Of a stretch of 64,000 bases of DNA, positions 31,714 through 42,498 are shown piece by piece (position 1 is the stretch's first letter; every line of letters begins with the position of its first letter). The notes under the pieces are model-generated. The model was not told the origin of the DNA. It searched no databases and saw nothing but the letters and a program-made list of their open reading frames with translations. A program made the translations under genes and the position numbers. This stretch comes from Spirochaetota bacterium (GTDB lineage Bacteria; Spirochaetota; UBA4802; UBA5550): assembly GCA_963663865.1 (NCBI GenBank), contig OY760686.1, forward strand, positions 128,001 through 192,000. The letters run 5' to 3'.

Positions 31714-32166
31714 TTATTCTATAACAAGTGCTCCCTCTTCCAGAATAATATCAAATATATACTCTGAGCGAAGCGTGTTTAAAGGCGTATAGGCGGCCAG
31801 TTGCCCTCTGAATTCAAATACTGATCCTTCCTTTATACCCGTTGCAGAGTCTTCATTGTTCAGAAAGACATAATATCTTAAACCGAGATTGTACTTTTGA
31901 GAAGCTTCATCAACCGCTGTAATTCTGAACTGCTTCCTGTATCTGCCGGCCTTTTCCACCTTAACAACCCGTCCCCTGCCGGAAACCATGCCGTTCATCA
32001 TACTTTCAAGCTGTGAGTCCCTGCTGATCAACGGCGATCTGGCGAATTCATAGAAGAACTGCCTGGTAAAAGACAGCCCTTTATTATCTTCTCCATTAGC
32101 GAAAGAGATAAAGATGAGCAATGCACTAAGAGTTACTGCAGCTCTATTAATGATCCGTACTGTCAT
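31714..32166 (-). CDS. exported hypothetical protein (OB-fold-like)
   Basis: signal peptide; GRGRVVKVEK...GSVFEFRGQL; overlaps degP stop. Confidence 0.55.
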   Translation of the reverse strand: MTVRIINRAAVTLSALLIFISFANGEDNKGLSFTRQFFYEFARSPLISRDSQLESMMNGMVSGRGRVVKVEKAGRYRKQFRITAVDEASQKYNLGLRYYVFLNNEDSATGIKEGSVFEFRGQLAAYTPLNTLRSEYIFDIILEEGALVIE

Positions 32167-33472
32167 TGCCGCCCCATTTTTTATTGAATTCGAACATCAT
32201 TGAATTTCTTTCAAAAGCTACATGATAGATTCTGTAATTATATCTTTCAGCAACTCTTACAAAATCGTCAAGTGTTTGAACTCTTTTCCTATTAATTCCC
32301 GAAAGGGTGTCCCCCTTTTTCAGGTCTCCCGAAAAGCTGCCCGGATACACATTTGTTATTACAGGTCTCCCGTCCGCGGAATCCTCATCCACTTCAATAC
32401 CGTAACTTCTGAATATCCTTTCAAGCGCCCTGCTCAATCTGTTATAATGCTCTTTTTCACGCAGAACCAGCTTGATTTTATACAAATTCCTGTCGCGTAG
32501 AAATTCAACAGCAATTCGCGAGCCTACCGGTTTTTTACCAACTATTGTTAATAATGAATTCAAACTCATAACGTGGTTTCCATCAATAGTTCGGATTATA
32601 TCGCCGGCTTTTAGTCCGGCAGCCTGCGCCGGAGAATTTTTTACTACAGACATAATCTCAACGGAATCAGTATTTGAATCGGTACCTGAGGGCACCTCTT
32701 TTGCGATAATGCCGAGCCACCCCCGTCTCACCTTTCCGTATCGTATTAGCTCCGAAGAAACATGCCTGACTATGGATACAGGTATGGCAAAGCTGATCCC
32801 CTGGAACCCACCGGAAACAGTCCTTATTGCCGAATTCAGACCGACCATTTCGCCTTTAAGGTTTACAAGAGGACCGCCGGAATTGCCCGGATTAATCGAT
32901 ACATCAGACTGAATAAAATCCTCTATATCCGCGAAACCGATGTTGTTTCTGCCGGTTGAAGAGACTATTCCACCTGTTATTGACTGTCTTAATCCGTAAG
33001 GATTGCCGATCGCAAGCACCCACTCTCCCTCACGGAGCCCTTCCTGGTCAGCGAACGTGACGGGCTTAAAATATTTTTCGTAGCCCGAATTAGCAATTTT
33101 AAGAACTGCGATGTCAGTTTTAAAATCCGCGTAGTAAAATCCATTACCGTTTATTCTCTCAAGTTCTACAGACCTGTTGTTAAAGAGGACTGCCCTGTAG
33201 TAATCGCCTTTTTCTACAACATGGCAATTGGTAACTATATGACCCGCTGTGGTAATTATAGTTCCAGTCCCGTCGGCCGTCTTCTTATATGTTTTACCCG
33301 GCCCTGTCCCCTCTGACAAGTAAACTGAAATATTGACTACTGAAGGCCTTGCCCTTTCAGCCGCGGCAATAAATGTTCTGTTTATGGATTCGGAATCCAC
33401 CTCAGAATAGGCTATTCTGCTCAGCGGCACTCCAGCAAGAATCAAAGCAATGAAAAGAATGCTTTTTTTCAT
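32147..33472 (-). CDS. DegP/HtrA-family serine protease with PDZ domains
   Basis: TNCHVV, DIAVLK, INPGNSGGPL, RGWLG, AGLKAGDII. Confidence 0.93.
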   Translation of the reverse strand: MKKSILFIALILAGVPLSRIAYSEVDSESINRTFIAAAERARPSVVNISVYLSEGTGPGKTYKKTADGTGTIITTAGHIVTNCHVVEKGDYYRAVLFNNRSVELERINGNGFYYADFKTDIAVLKIANSGYEKYFKPVTFADQEGLREGEWVLAIGNPYGLRQSITGGIVSSTGRNNIGFADIEDFIQSDVSINPGNSGGPLVNLKGEMVGLNSAIRTVSGGFQGISFAIPVSIVRHVSSELIRYGKVRRGWLGIIAKEVPSGTDSNTDSVEIMSVVKNSPAQAAGLKAGDIIRTIDGNHVMSLNSLLTIVGKKPVGSRIAVEFLRDRNLYKIKLVLREKEHYNRLSRALERIFRSYGIEVDEDSADGRPVITNVYPGSFSGDLKKGDTLSGINRKRVQTLDDFVRVAERYNYRIYHVAFERNSMMFEFNKKWGGNDSTDH

Positions 33473-34833
33473 TCCGTCACCTGATCGAAATAGTATTCTT
33501 TTGACGTGATACGGTACTTTTCCAGATCTATCCGGCTGCCCCTCGGCTGTGCCGGAAATCCTCTGTCTCTTACTTTCAGCCCGGCAAAGAGCGAATAAAT
33601 ACCTACAGCTATCCCCTCGGCTATCTCCTGCCGGTGTTTTTGTAATATCATTCTGTCAAAACGTCTACTGAAATATCCAAGTTCAATAAACGGATTTACA
33701 GCATTTACGTGAATGGGCATTATCCAGGTAGAGACATAGGGTTTCCCGGGAATCATCTTCTTGTTGTCAACTCCCTTCATCCTCAGTGAATATTGAATAA
33801 ACCGTATGATTTCGTACGAGCTGTAGGCATTATCCCCCCCGAAACCCTCCTGCCCGCCGTCGCGTCTATATGATTCATAAACAGAACGCTCACGTTCCCA
33901 GAATCGGTTTTGAGGTTTAAATGACTTTATATTCGATGAATACGCCGTGCCGGACGGATGATTTTTTGCGGCTGCCTCCCAGCCCACACTGTCTCTGTAA
34001 GCCCAGTCTACCATGTTGTAGCGATACCCTTGAAAATCGTTTAAATCCGCTTGTCCTGATTTTTTTAGAGGATATCCTGTAAAATAGGCAGAGGAATCGT
34101 TCAAAAACCATCTGTAAGGCGATCTTGTCATCTTCTCGACAAACCAGTGTTTCAAGCCTTTTTCGTTACTGAATCCCGTTGATGAAATCTCGCCGCGAAG
34201 ATAACGAAATCCCTTTTCAAGAAGCCGGTACGGAGCAGCGAGAACCGGGCTCATGCCGGGGTAGTCGGCTGGCGCGGCGCTTGCCATGTGAATGGATACG
34301 ACCAGATGCGGCCTCTGCCGATTGATACGGCTCAACCTTCCATGTTTCATCTCGCCGGTTTTTCTGTCAGGGTAATCGAAGAAACGGAACTCGGCATTAG
34401 GATCTGCCATTCCTTCTGCTTCATCTTTTGGAATGCAGGGGCCCCTGCTGATAGACGTATTTAGAGTGACTCGCCTCCCGTCTGAGACTCCATAGCGGCT
34501 CAATACCTTTTGAAATTTTCCAAAATCACCGTGATTACCACAGTCTTTCAGAATCTCAACGGCTCTGCGTGCAATATCGTATGCGATAACGCTTTCCCGC
34601 ATTCCGTGTGTCTCGGCCCCCGGCCGATAGAAATCAAGATATGAACATGTAATAGAATCGTAGCGGTCTCCGTGCATGCCAACAGGAAGCTTCAAAACCC
34701 CGCCATGCCCCGGATCAAGAACAACCCTGTATTCCGGGAATTCATGCTCTGCAAGCTTTTCAGGAATAAAAAAAAGCAAAATCGCGGCAAACGCCGCAGT
34801 AAAAGAAAAAATCTGTTTTGTACCAATCTTCAT
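33469..34833 (-). CDS. N-acetylmuramoyl-L-alanine amidase (Amidase_3) with large insertion
   Basis: VVLDPGHGG, E (RESVIA), VSIH, FIELGY. Confidence 0.7.
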   Translation of the reverse strand: MKIGTKQIFSFTAAFAAILLFFIPEKLAEHEFPEYRVVLDPGHGGVLKLPVGMHGDRYDSITCSYLDFYRPGAETHGMRESVIAYDIARRAVEILKDCGNHGDFGKFQKVLSRYGVSDGRRVTLNTSISRGPCIPKDEAEGMADPNAEFRFFDYPDRKTGEMKHGRLSRINRQRPHLVVSIHMASAAPADYPGMSPVLAAPYRLLEKGFRYLRGEISSTGFSNEKGLKHWFVEKMTRSPYRWFLNDSSAYFTGYPLKKSGQADLNDFQGYRYNMVDWAYRDSVGWEAAAKNHPSGTAYSSNIKSFKPQNRFWERERSVYESYRRDGGQEGFGGDNAYSSYEIIRFIQYSLRMKGVDNKKMIPGKPYVSTWIMPIHVNAVNPFIELGYFSRRFDRMILQKHRQEIAEGIAVGIYSLFAGLKVRDRGFPAQPRGSRIDLEKYRITSKEYYFDQVTE

Positions 34834-34862
34834 AACTGTTCTAATTAAACTCTATATATAAC

Positions 34863-34888
34863 AAAAAAGGGAGGCATGCCCCCCTTTT
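34863..34888 (-). terminator. intrinsic terminator
   Basis: GC-rich hairpin with A-run on the plus strand (T-run on minus). Confidence 0.55.
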
Positions 34889-34911
34889 CAGTCACTGTTG
34901 TATATCGGATA

Positions 34912-35700
34912 TTATTCGCCGGCTTTAACAGCTGTATCCGGATTGAGAATTCTGTTTAAATTGTCAGCCTTATGAACCTTGTACTTGTCCTCGACTGCCT
35001 TGATTTCGTCAGGCTTGGACAGTCCCTCTACAATCTTGATACCGTATGTCTTGGCGACACGAGTGTGATAGATCGAAGTCTCATACTCCTTGTTGACTGC
35101 CGCTTCCATAGCATCGTCAAGCTGTCCGTAGGCTATTCTCAGTCTCATCTGATTATGATGTAATTCCCTGTTTTTATTAGGATCTGAGCGGGTCTTTTCA
35201 TCAAGATGTAAAAGCATCACTCTTGTGGCACAATCAGATAGAAGATCGTTTGCAGCTTTTGTGTAATCATCACTGATTTTCTTCATGAGATCGGAGATGT
35301 CCTTCTTGTTCGTCTCAAATTCAACTCTTGCATAGATGATGTTTCTTTTGTAAAAGAGCTCCATCGCCTTTTTATAGCCTGCATAGCACTTCTGATAGTC
35401 GCCTTCCCATCCCTTATCCTTAAAATTGGACACAATAACTTTAAGAAGGTAAATCTGCTCAAGATTTTTCTTCATAAGCTTTTCAACGACATCGTGGGCA
35501 TGGAACTTGGCGAGATATGAATCCTCAGGCCTGCTTGCCTCATCATACTTGGTTGAGCTGTAACTGCCGTCAGGATTCTTTGTTACCTCTTCCTGTTTTT
35601 CCTGGGCTGGCTGCGCCTGCTGAGCTGAAACAGTTACGCTGATGGAGAATGCCGCGATAAGTAATAATGAGAATACCTTTATCCCCTTACTGATCTTCAT
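34912..35700 (-). CDS. exported all-alpha hypothetical protein (possibly Leptospira OmpL37/OmpL32-like)
   Basis: signal peptide ending VSA; helical; AGGAG RBS; family assignment is a weak recollection. Confidence 0.55.
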   Translation of the reverse strand: MKISKGIKVFSLLLIAAFSISVTVSAQQAQPAQEKQEEVTKNPDGSYSSTKYDEASRPEDSYLAKFHAHDVVEKLMKKNLEQIYLLKVIVSNFKDKGWEGDYQKCYAGYKKAMELFYKRNIIYARVEFETNKKDISDLMKKISDDYTKAANDLLSDCATRVMLLHLDEKTRSDPNKNRELHHNQMRLRIAYGQLDDAMEAAVNKEYETSIYHTRVAKTYGIKIVEGLSKPDEIKAVEDKYKVHKADNLNRILNPDTAVKAGE

Positions 35701-35843
35701 AATCCGACTCCTGATATTGACATAGTTGTACCGATTGGGCTTCCATGCCCTGATACGCAATTATTAGTGATATTATAAATTATCAATTAGATATAAGCAA
35801 CTGATTTTTTCTTTGTTTACAAAATTAATAGTTAAAAAAACTC

Positions 35844-37577
35844 TCAGGAGGTCTTCTTCATCATTATAGCTATGAGAAATGACATAATCACACATCCGCC
35901 CCCCATTATTGCTGCGCCGAGATAGTCGCCCAGAATCAGACTGCCCGTGCCAAAAAGAGCTGCGTACACAAGGGCAATCCCTGAAATCCAGCATACAAGA
36001 AGGTAGGGAATCGTTGATTTACCCTCGCTGATACAGAGCCTTCTGCGTATTCTCGACCATCCCGGCCCCTCGGGCCTGACTCTGAGATAGAAAGAAGCGA
36101 GTATATTATCCGAGACAGGTTTAGTAACAAGCATAGCCGATATCCAGCATATCGTAGTAAACGCCACCACAAAGAAAAAGCGTTCGGGGAATTCCATTCC
36201 AAAAAGAAACGTGGCAGCCGCAAAACCTGCCGCAGGAGCAATCATGGATACAATCTCGGCCCAGGCGTTAATACGCCACCAGTACCAGCGTAAAATCAGC
36301 ACAAGGCCCATACCCGCACCGCATTCTATTAGAAATGACCAGGCCCCCGAGATCGACTCAATTACAAAAATCAGCATACTCGATAGAGCGACAAGAAGCA
36401 TTGTTACAAGCCTTGAAACCCTCACATAGTGCCTTTCGTCAGCATCAGGCTTCACGAACCTCCTGTACAGGTCGTTTACAATATATGAGCTTCCCCAGTT
36501 AAGATGAGTCGATATGGTTGACATATACGCCGCGAGAAAGGCGGCAACAAGAAGGCCAAGCAGTCCGGACGGGAGATGGTCTCTCATTGCCATTACAAAT
36601 CCCGCCTTCCTGTCGGCCCCTTCAAGCCCCGGATACAAGACAAGCGCCGCAAGAGCGACAAGTATCCATGGCCATGGCCTTAAAGCGTAGTGTGCTATCG
36701 AGAACCAGAGCACTGACAGCCTGGCGTGTTTTTCGTCCTTTGCTGACATCATCTTCTGAGCCACATACCCGCCGCCTCCGGGCTCCGCTCCCGGATAATA
36801 TGACGCCCACCACTGCACCGCGATATGCGCGATGAAGGCCGAGAAAGACAGGGACAGCAAGCCTGCCGCCGCACTGCCTCCCGACAGATCAGGGAAAAAT
36901 GAGAATGTCTCGGGAGGCAGCGCGGCTTTCAGCCCGGATACGCCTCCTACCTCAGGCAGTCCAAGCACAATGACCGCAAGAGCGATGCAGCCGCCCATGG
37001 CGATAATGAACTGGAAAGCGTCAGTGAGGACAATCCCCCACTGTCCCGCAAGCGCCGAGTAGAGTCCCACGAACAGCATCGCCCCTATTATGATAAAAAA
37101 AAGCAGCGTACCTTCTACGCCGAATATAACCTTAAGGATTTCCGCAAGGGCTACATTAACCCAGCCCATTATGAGGCAGTTCATAAAGACGCCCAGATAG
37201 ACGGCCTTAAACCCCCGCAAAAATGCGGCCGGCTTACCGGAATACCTGATTTCAATAAATTCAACGTCGGTCATAATATCAGCCCGGCGCCACAGCGCGG
37301 CGAAAAAGAAAACGGTGAGGATATTGCCCGCAAGCATATTCCACCAGAGCCAGTTCCCGGCAATGCCCCCCGAGGCGACAAGCTCTGTGACTGCAAGAGG
37401 CGTGTCGGCGGCAAATGTAGTAGCGACCATTGCCGTACCCGCGATCCACCAGGGCAGCTTTCGGCCGGAGAGAAAAAACTCCTCTCTGCTCCTTCCGGCG
37501 CGTTTTGTCATGAGAAGGCCTATTGTCAGGCTTATGAGAAAATACAGTCCTATGACCGCTGAATCAAGCAGGCTCAT
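35844..37577 (-). CDS. sodium:solute symporter family protein
   Basis: FFLSGRKLPWW, ATTFAADTPL, AAYMSTISTHLNWGSSY. Confidence 0.93.
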   Translation of the reverse strand: MSLLDSAVIGLYFLISLTIGLLMTKRAGRSREEFFLSGRKLPWWIAGTAMVATTFAADTPLAVTELVASGGIAGNWLWWNMLAGNILTVFFFAALWRRADIMTDVEFIEIRYSGKPAAFLRGFKAVYLGVFMNCLIMGWVNVALAEILKVIFGVEGTLLFFIIIGAMLFVGLYSALAGQWGIVLTDAFQFIIAMGGCIALAVIVLGLPEVGGVSGLKAALPPETFSFFPDLSGGSAAAGLLSLSFSAFIAHIAVQWWASYYPGAEPGGGGYVAQKMMSAKDEKHARLSVLWFSIAHYALRPWPWILVALAALVLYPGLEGADRKAGFVMAMRDHLPSGLLGLLVAAFLAAYMSTISTHLNWGSSYIVNDLYRRFVKPDADERHYVRVSRLVTMLLVALSSMLIFVIESISGAWSFLIECGAGMGLVLILRWYWWRINAWAEIVSMIAPAAGFAAATFLFGMEFPERFFFVVAFTTICWISAMLVTKPVSDNILASFYLRVRPEGPGWSRIRRRLCISEGKSTIPYLLVCWISGIALVYAALFGTGSLILGDYLGAAIMGGGCVIMSFLIAIMMKKTS

Positions 37578-37614
37578 GGCTTCTCCCGGATAATGTTATT
37601 TTAGGAAACGAGGC

Positions 37615-38070
37615 TCAGCGTTCCCTGTAATAGAGATCGACGTCGAAGCCGCCAAAGCTTGAAAGAAAAGACACATTTATGTTATCGTAGAGTGCCTTCA
37701 TCGAAATAGGGTCTTCATTGTACTCGGGAGGGGAAAGCGTTATGTCATGGTTGTAGTATTGAAGCTGATTGGCGAATGTTCCAGTAATGAGGTTGGCAAT
37801 CTCGCCGGCAACATCTCCGTAGTGGCTCTTCAGGCTTCCCTTGCCGGAGCCGCCCACGAACTTTTTGGTTATCAGGTTGAGTGTATTTTTGGGAAGATTG
37901 ATGATTATTTCACCGCTGAGCGTTCCATCAATCTCAACTGCAACCTGATGAGCGTCTACGTCAGACTGCGACTCGTAGACCTCTTCAACAGATGTATCGT
38001 CAAGGAATCTCTTGAAAATATGGTTCACTGACCGCACTATGAATTTTGAATATTTGTCTTCAATTCCCAT
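37615..38070 (-). CDS. cheX: chemotaxis phosphatase CheX
   Basis: GTLSGEIII...DVAGEIANLITG...ITLSPP. Confidence 0.8.
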   Translation of the reverse strand: MGIEDKYSKFIVRSVNHIFKRFLDDTSVEEVYESQSDVDAHQVAVEIDGTLSGEIIINLPKNTLNLITKKFVGGSGKGSLKSHYGDVAGEIANLITGTFANQLQYYNHDITLSPPEYNEDPISMKALYDNINVSFLSSFGGFDVDLYYRER

Positions 38071-38182
38071 TCTATTCCCTCAAAATGCAGCTTGTATAGC
38101 CCGCTCTTGCTGAAATTCAAGCACATTTTATGTCACATAATCATATTTTTAGGGATGGGGGGATAATGACCCGCCCCGCAAA

Positions 38183-40810
38183 TCAGCTCACCGCGTTTTC
38201 TACAAAACCCTCTGCCGCCTGAAGCGCCCCGGATATGCCGGCAGGATTCTTACCGCCGGCCTGCGCCATGTCCGGCCTGCCGCCGCCTCCGCCTCCGACA
38301 AGAGCCGCTGTCTGCTTCATCGCCTTGCCGCAGTCAAATCCGGCTTTTACCGCGCTTGACGTGGCAGCATAAACCAGAATGGCCTTCCCGTCATACTCTG
38401 AACCAAGGCATACTACTGAATCCGGAAGCTTCTCTCTGACCGCGTCAGCAAGAGACTTCAATTCGTTCCCGTCCGCGCCGGATAAGGCCTGAGATACAAA
38501 CTTCACCGGGCCTATACTCTTCGCCGAAGCAATAAGCGAATCAGCCGCTGACGCAGCGTCGTTGCCCTTCAGCTTCTTAATTTCCTTTTCGAGGCCTCTC
38601 AGCCTTTCCTGAATCTCCGCTATCCTCTTAAGCGCGTCCCTTTCTGAAATGTTAAGCGCGGAACATATCTCTTCCGAGAAGCGCTCTCTTTCCTTGTAAC
38701 GCTCAAGAACTCCTCTGAGGGTAGCAGCCTCTATCCTTCTTACGCCGGCGCCCGGAGACATCTCTCTCAGGATTGAGAATACTCCGATTTTACCTGTATT
38801 TGAGACGTGAGTCCCGCCGCAGAGCTCCTTGCTGAAACCTTCGACCGAAACGACCCTTACTGTGTCCTCATATTTTTCGTCAAAGACCGCCATTGCTCCG
38901 CTCTCGACGGCTTTTTCAAGAGGCATTATCTCAGTGCCTACTTCCCTGTTCTCCCAGATCTTTCTGTTAACCAGCTCTTCCACTCTGTATATTTCTTCAT
39001 CCGTCATTGCCGAAAAGTGTGAAAAGTCAAAGCGCATCTTCTCAGAATCAACGATTGAACCGGCCTGTTTAACATGCTCACCGAGAACCTTTCTCAGCGC
39101 CGCCTGAAGAAGATGCGTGGCTGTGTGGTTTGCCCTTATCAGGTTTCTGTTTACTGAGTCAATTTCCGCTGTAACCTGCTGCCCTTTTTTTAACTTACCC
39201 GACTCAAGCTCTCCAAGATGGATGACAGTGCGATGATTTTTCTTCGTGTCGAGTACCCTGAATCTGGCGCCGTCAGCCGCGATTACGCCGATATCCCCCA
39301 CCTGACCACCGGACTCGCCATAGAAAGGAGTCCTGTCAAGAACGAGAAATGCCCTTCGTCCCGGCTCAATGATATCTGAAGCTCCGTCTTCGGTATAGAT
39401 CGCGGATATTTTAGATTGCGCCGTTTCATCAGCATAGCCTGTAAAGACGGTATCTCCGCACTGTTTTGCGGCCTCGTCGAAAAAGCGTTCGAGCCCCTCG
39501 TCACCGGCCTTCCAGCTTTGACGGCCGCGCTCCCTCTGGCTTTCCATCTCAGCTTCGAAGCCTTCGCGGTCGACCGGAACTCCCCTTTCAGCAGCTATCT
39601 CGGCAGTCATCTCATAAGGGAAGCCAAAGGTGTCATAGAGCACAAATGCGTCTCTGCCGGAAAGCCTTGAACCAGAGCCCGGCTCTATCCCCGAAAGGAT
39701 CGAATCAAGACGCGACATCCCGTTCTCAATCGTATCGAGAAACCTCTTCTCCTCCGATTCGATTACCGACTTGATATTACTTGCCGACTGAGCCAGTTCA
39801 GGATAGAATTCTCCCATTATGCTGACAACAGGGTCTACAATCCTGTAGATAAACGGTTCTTTAATGCCAAGCTGTCTGCTGTACCTGAGGGCGCGCCTGA
39901 GAATTCTTCTGAGAACATAGCCCCTTCCTTCATTCGAAGGATATATCCCGTCAGTCATCGCGAAGGACAATGACCGCGCGTGTTCTGCCATTACCCTCAT
40001 CGGCACAACAGCATCGCCTTCATACTTTATGCCGGACTCCGAAGCAATGAACTCGGTCAGAGTCTTAAACTCGTCAGTTTCGTAGACTGAATCGACACCC
40101 TGAAGCAGCGTCGCAAGCCGCTCAAGCCCCATGCCGGTATCAATTCCTGTTCGAGGCAGGGGGTTGAGGTTTCCGTTTATATCCTGATTGAACTGATTAA
40201 ACACGAGGTTCCAGTACTCCATGAAACGCTCACACTCGCAGCCGGGCTTGCAGTCATCGAAACCGCACCCGAATTCGGGCCCCCTGTCAATGTAAAGCTC
40301 CGAACAGGGACCGCAGGCCCCGCTGTCGCCGGCAGGACCCCAGAAGTTATCTGCCTTCCCGAGCCGAACGATTTTATGTTCAGGTACGCCAATATCATTT
40401 TTCCAAATCCCGAAGGCCTCATCATCATCTTCATATATTGAAACCCAGATTTTTTCGCTGTTAATACCCATAACTGAGGTCGAAAAATCCCACGCAAATT
40501 CAATGGCCTCTTTTTTAAAGTAATCTCCGAAGGAGAAATTCCCGAGCATTTCAAAGAAAGTAAGGTGCCTCTTTGTTTTACCGACATTTTCAAGATCGCT
40601 TGTGCGGAGGCATTTTTGAACCGAGGCCGCCCTTGTGTACTCAAGCTCAACCGTACCTGCGAACATCGGCTTAAACTGGACCATCCCCGCTGTAGTAAAC
40701 AGAAGAGTGGGATCATCCTTCGGCAAAAGAGAACTCGACGGCACAATTTTATGGCCTTTCTCTTTAAAGTATTCCACAAAAGACTTTCTCAAATCCATAA
40801 CAGTCAGCAT
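38183..40810 (-). CDS. alaS: alanine--tRNA ligase
   Basis: DPTLLFTTAGMVQFKP, FFEMLGNFSFGDYFK, HTATHLL, ELCGGTH, GGGGRPDMAQAGG. Confidence 0.99.
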   Translation of the reverse strand: MLTVMDLRKSFVEYFKEKGHKIVPSSSLLPKDDPTLLFTTAGMVQFKPMFAGTVELEYTRAASVQKCLRTSDLENVGKTKRHLTFFEMLGNFSFGDYFKKEAIEFAWDFSTSVMGINSEKIWVSIYEDDDEAFGIWKNDIGVPEHKIVRLGKADNFWGPAGDSGACGPCSELYIDRGPEFGCGFDDCKPGCECERFMEYWNLVFNQFNQDINGNLNPLPRTGIDTGMGLERLATLLQGVDSVYETDEFKTLTEFIASESGIKYEGDAVVPMRVMAEHARSLSFAMTDGIYPSNEGRGYVLRRILRRALRYSRQLGIKEPFIYRIVDPVVSIMGEFYPELAQSASNIKSVIESEEKRFLDTIENGMSRLDSILSGIEPGSGSRLSGRDAFVLYDTFGFPYEMTAEIAAERGVPVDREGFEAEMESQRERGRQSWKAGDEGLERFFDEAAKQCGDTVFTGYADETAQSKISAIYTEDGASDIIEPGRRAFLVLDRTPFYGESGGQVGDIGVIAADGARFRVLDTKKNHRTVIHLGELESGKLKKGQQVTAEIDSVNRNLIRANHTATHLLQAALRKVLGEHVKQAGSIVDSEKMRFDFSHFSAMTDEEIYRVEELVNRKIWENREVGTEIMPLEKAVESGAMAVFDEKYEDTVRVVSVEGFSKELCGGTHVSNTGKIGVFSILREMSPGAGVRRIEAATLRGVLERYKERERFSEEICSALNISERDALKRIAEIQERLRGLEKEIKKLKGNDAASAADSLIASAKSIGPVKFVSQALSGADGNELKSLADAVREKLPDSVVCLGSEYDGKAILVYAATSSAVKAGFDCGKAMKQTAALVGGGGGGRPDMAQAGGKNPAGISGALQAAEGFVENAVS

Positions 40811-40917
40811 TGATTATTACCTCATTATATTCCATCCGCTGGCTGTTCACGACGTTTCTGCGAGACTGCCGCGGCGGCGTTTATTGCTATTTTTTCATCC
40901 GTCCCTGACACGGGCAT

Positions 40918-41580
40918 TTAATCTTCGGATGAGCTTGATTTCATCTCAGAGCTGATGCGGTTTACGGCCCTGTTAACATCATCAGGCTTAAAGCCTCTCT
41001 GGAAAAGATACATCCGCAGGCTCTGTAAAGGGTCCTTTTTACGCGCGTACAGCCTGAGCCGTTTTTCAGCCAGGGCACGTATTATTTCCTGCTCATCGCT
41101 TGTTGATGCTATAAGGTCAAGCACCCCGGTAATTATGGCGCTATCGATGCCCTTTTGCTGAAGCTCCATCCTTACCCTGACAGGGCCGACAGATTTTGAG
41201 AGGATTTTCACCTCGGCGTAACGTTTGGCGAACTCGTAATCGTCGAGATATCCGGCCTTCTTCAGCTTTTCAACAACTTGCGATGATATTTCCAGTCTGA
41301 ATCCCTTTCTCTGGAAGTAGTCATTCATCTCCTTAACCGACCTCGACCGGAAAGAGAGAAAACGCATACCTGCCGAGAGGCATTTAAGGCTTTCAGATTC
41401 GTCCTGAAGCGCTCCCAGCATCGAGAGGTCAACTGCCGAGCCTCTGGTCAGTCCGAGCGCATTTACAGCCTCTGGCCTGACCCTGAACTCCTCACCGGAG
41501 TCCAGCTTCACTGAGGCGCTCGACGAAGTGCAGGTTATTTCAGATACAGCGAAACATGCGCCCGAAGATTGATCTTCCAT
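40918..41580 (-). CDS. recX: regulatory protein RecX
   Basis: LSFRSRSVKEM, GYLDDYEFA, GPVRVRMELQQKGI, YLFQRGF. Confidence 0.88.
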   Translation of the reverse strand: MEDQSSGACFAVSEITCTSSSASVKLDSGEEFRVRPEAVNALGLTRGSAVDLSMLGALQDESESLKCLSAGMRFLSFRSRSVKEMNDYFQRKGFRLEISSQVVEKLKKAGYLDDYEFAKRYAEVKILSKSVGPVRVRMELQQKGIDSAIITGVLDLIASTSDEQEIIRALAEKRLRLYARKKDPLQSLRMYLFQRGFKPDDVNRAVNRISSEMKSSSSED

Positions 41581-41724
41581 GGCTTATAGACGTCATTATC
41601 GCTTTTTATGTCAATTTATTTTCAGGCCGGGGATATGCTGACGGGAACAGGCGGCAAAGCCCTGTCGGTAATAGGGCTAAATCCGGAACGCCGCTTTCCA
41701 CGGCGGACCGGATTTGATGCAGCT

Positions 41725-42363
41725 TTAGTTTCTGCCCTGCTCTGCAAGCTCAAGGGCTTTAGATTTTGTAATGTCATCACCCTCAATCGTGTAAACATAT
41801 GAGGCTACATGACCGAATTTGACGCTTTTATTCATTAAATAGACAATCTTCTGCTCAACGCCTTCATTAACCTGTGAATAGGCAAGCGGAGTCACATTGA
41901 AAGTCCCGGCTCCAACCGTAATCCTTGAAGGAATTTCAAGTTTGCTTTTTTCAGCGGCAGTCAGACTTGTCGGCTTAAGATATGACACGTCGCCAGGAGC
42001 AGCCACCTTGAGCGGTGTCCTTTCGGCTCCGTCAACCAGAAACGCGCTTGATACGTTACCCGCCCTGTCTGCGTTCATCTCAAATGTAACCTTGCCCATT
42101 TCACCAATTCCGGGAATTATTACACCGGTTTCAATTCTGATAACGTACAGACTGCCTTTTTTCGAAACTATAGAGTATTTTGCGTAGGACTGCTGCTCAT
42201 CACCGCCTTTCAGCAGCGCGTAGTCGCCCACACGCGGATTCGAATGCAATACGATTTTGTTCGCTACCGGCGTGTCCTTCACAGCGCTCTTGATAATGGC
42301 GCTTAAGCAGCCCGTCCCGAATAGAAATGCTGAAATCAGCACAGCACAAGAGATTTTTTTCAT
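41725..42363 (-). CDS. lipoprotein, hypothetical
   Basis: signal with GTGC; beta-rich; ITVGAGTF motif. Confidence 0.65.
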   Translation of the reverse strand: MKKISCAVLISAFLFGTGCLSAIIKSAVKDTPVANKIVLHSNPRVGDYALLKGGDEQQSYAKYSIVSKKGSLYVIRIETGVIIPGIGEMGKVTFEMNADRAGNVSSAFLVDGAERTPLKVAAPGDVSYLKPTSLTAAEKSKLEIPSRITVGAGTFNVTPLAYSQVNEGVEQKIVYLMNKSVKFGHVASYVYTIEGDDITKSKALELAEQGRN

Positions 42364-42447
42364 GCTTCTCTCCTCTTTTTATTTTTTGATATACTCTTTA
42401 TTAAGCACATACACTGATTTTGACAACCATATAACGCACTCCGGGCC

Positions 42448-42478
42448 AAAAAAAAGGGCGCCATTCGGCGCCCCTTTT
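42448..42478 (-). terminator. intrinsic terminator of rplM-rpsI
   Basis: AAAAAAAAGGGCGCC-ATTC-GGCGCCC. Confidence 0.8.
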
Positions 42479-42498
42479 GCTGTTTCTTTTGTAATTGA

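Noticed and set aside
41655-41716. Two hairpins between the lipoprotein gene and recX
   Set aside because: No ncRNA consensus recognised; probably 3' UTR structure
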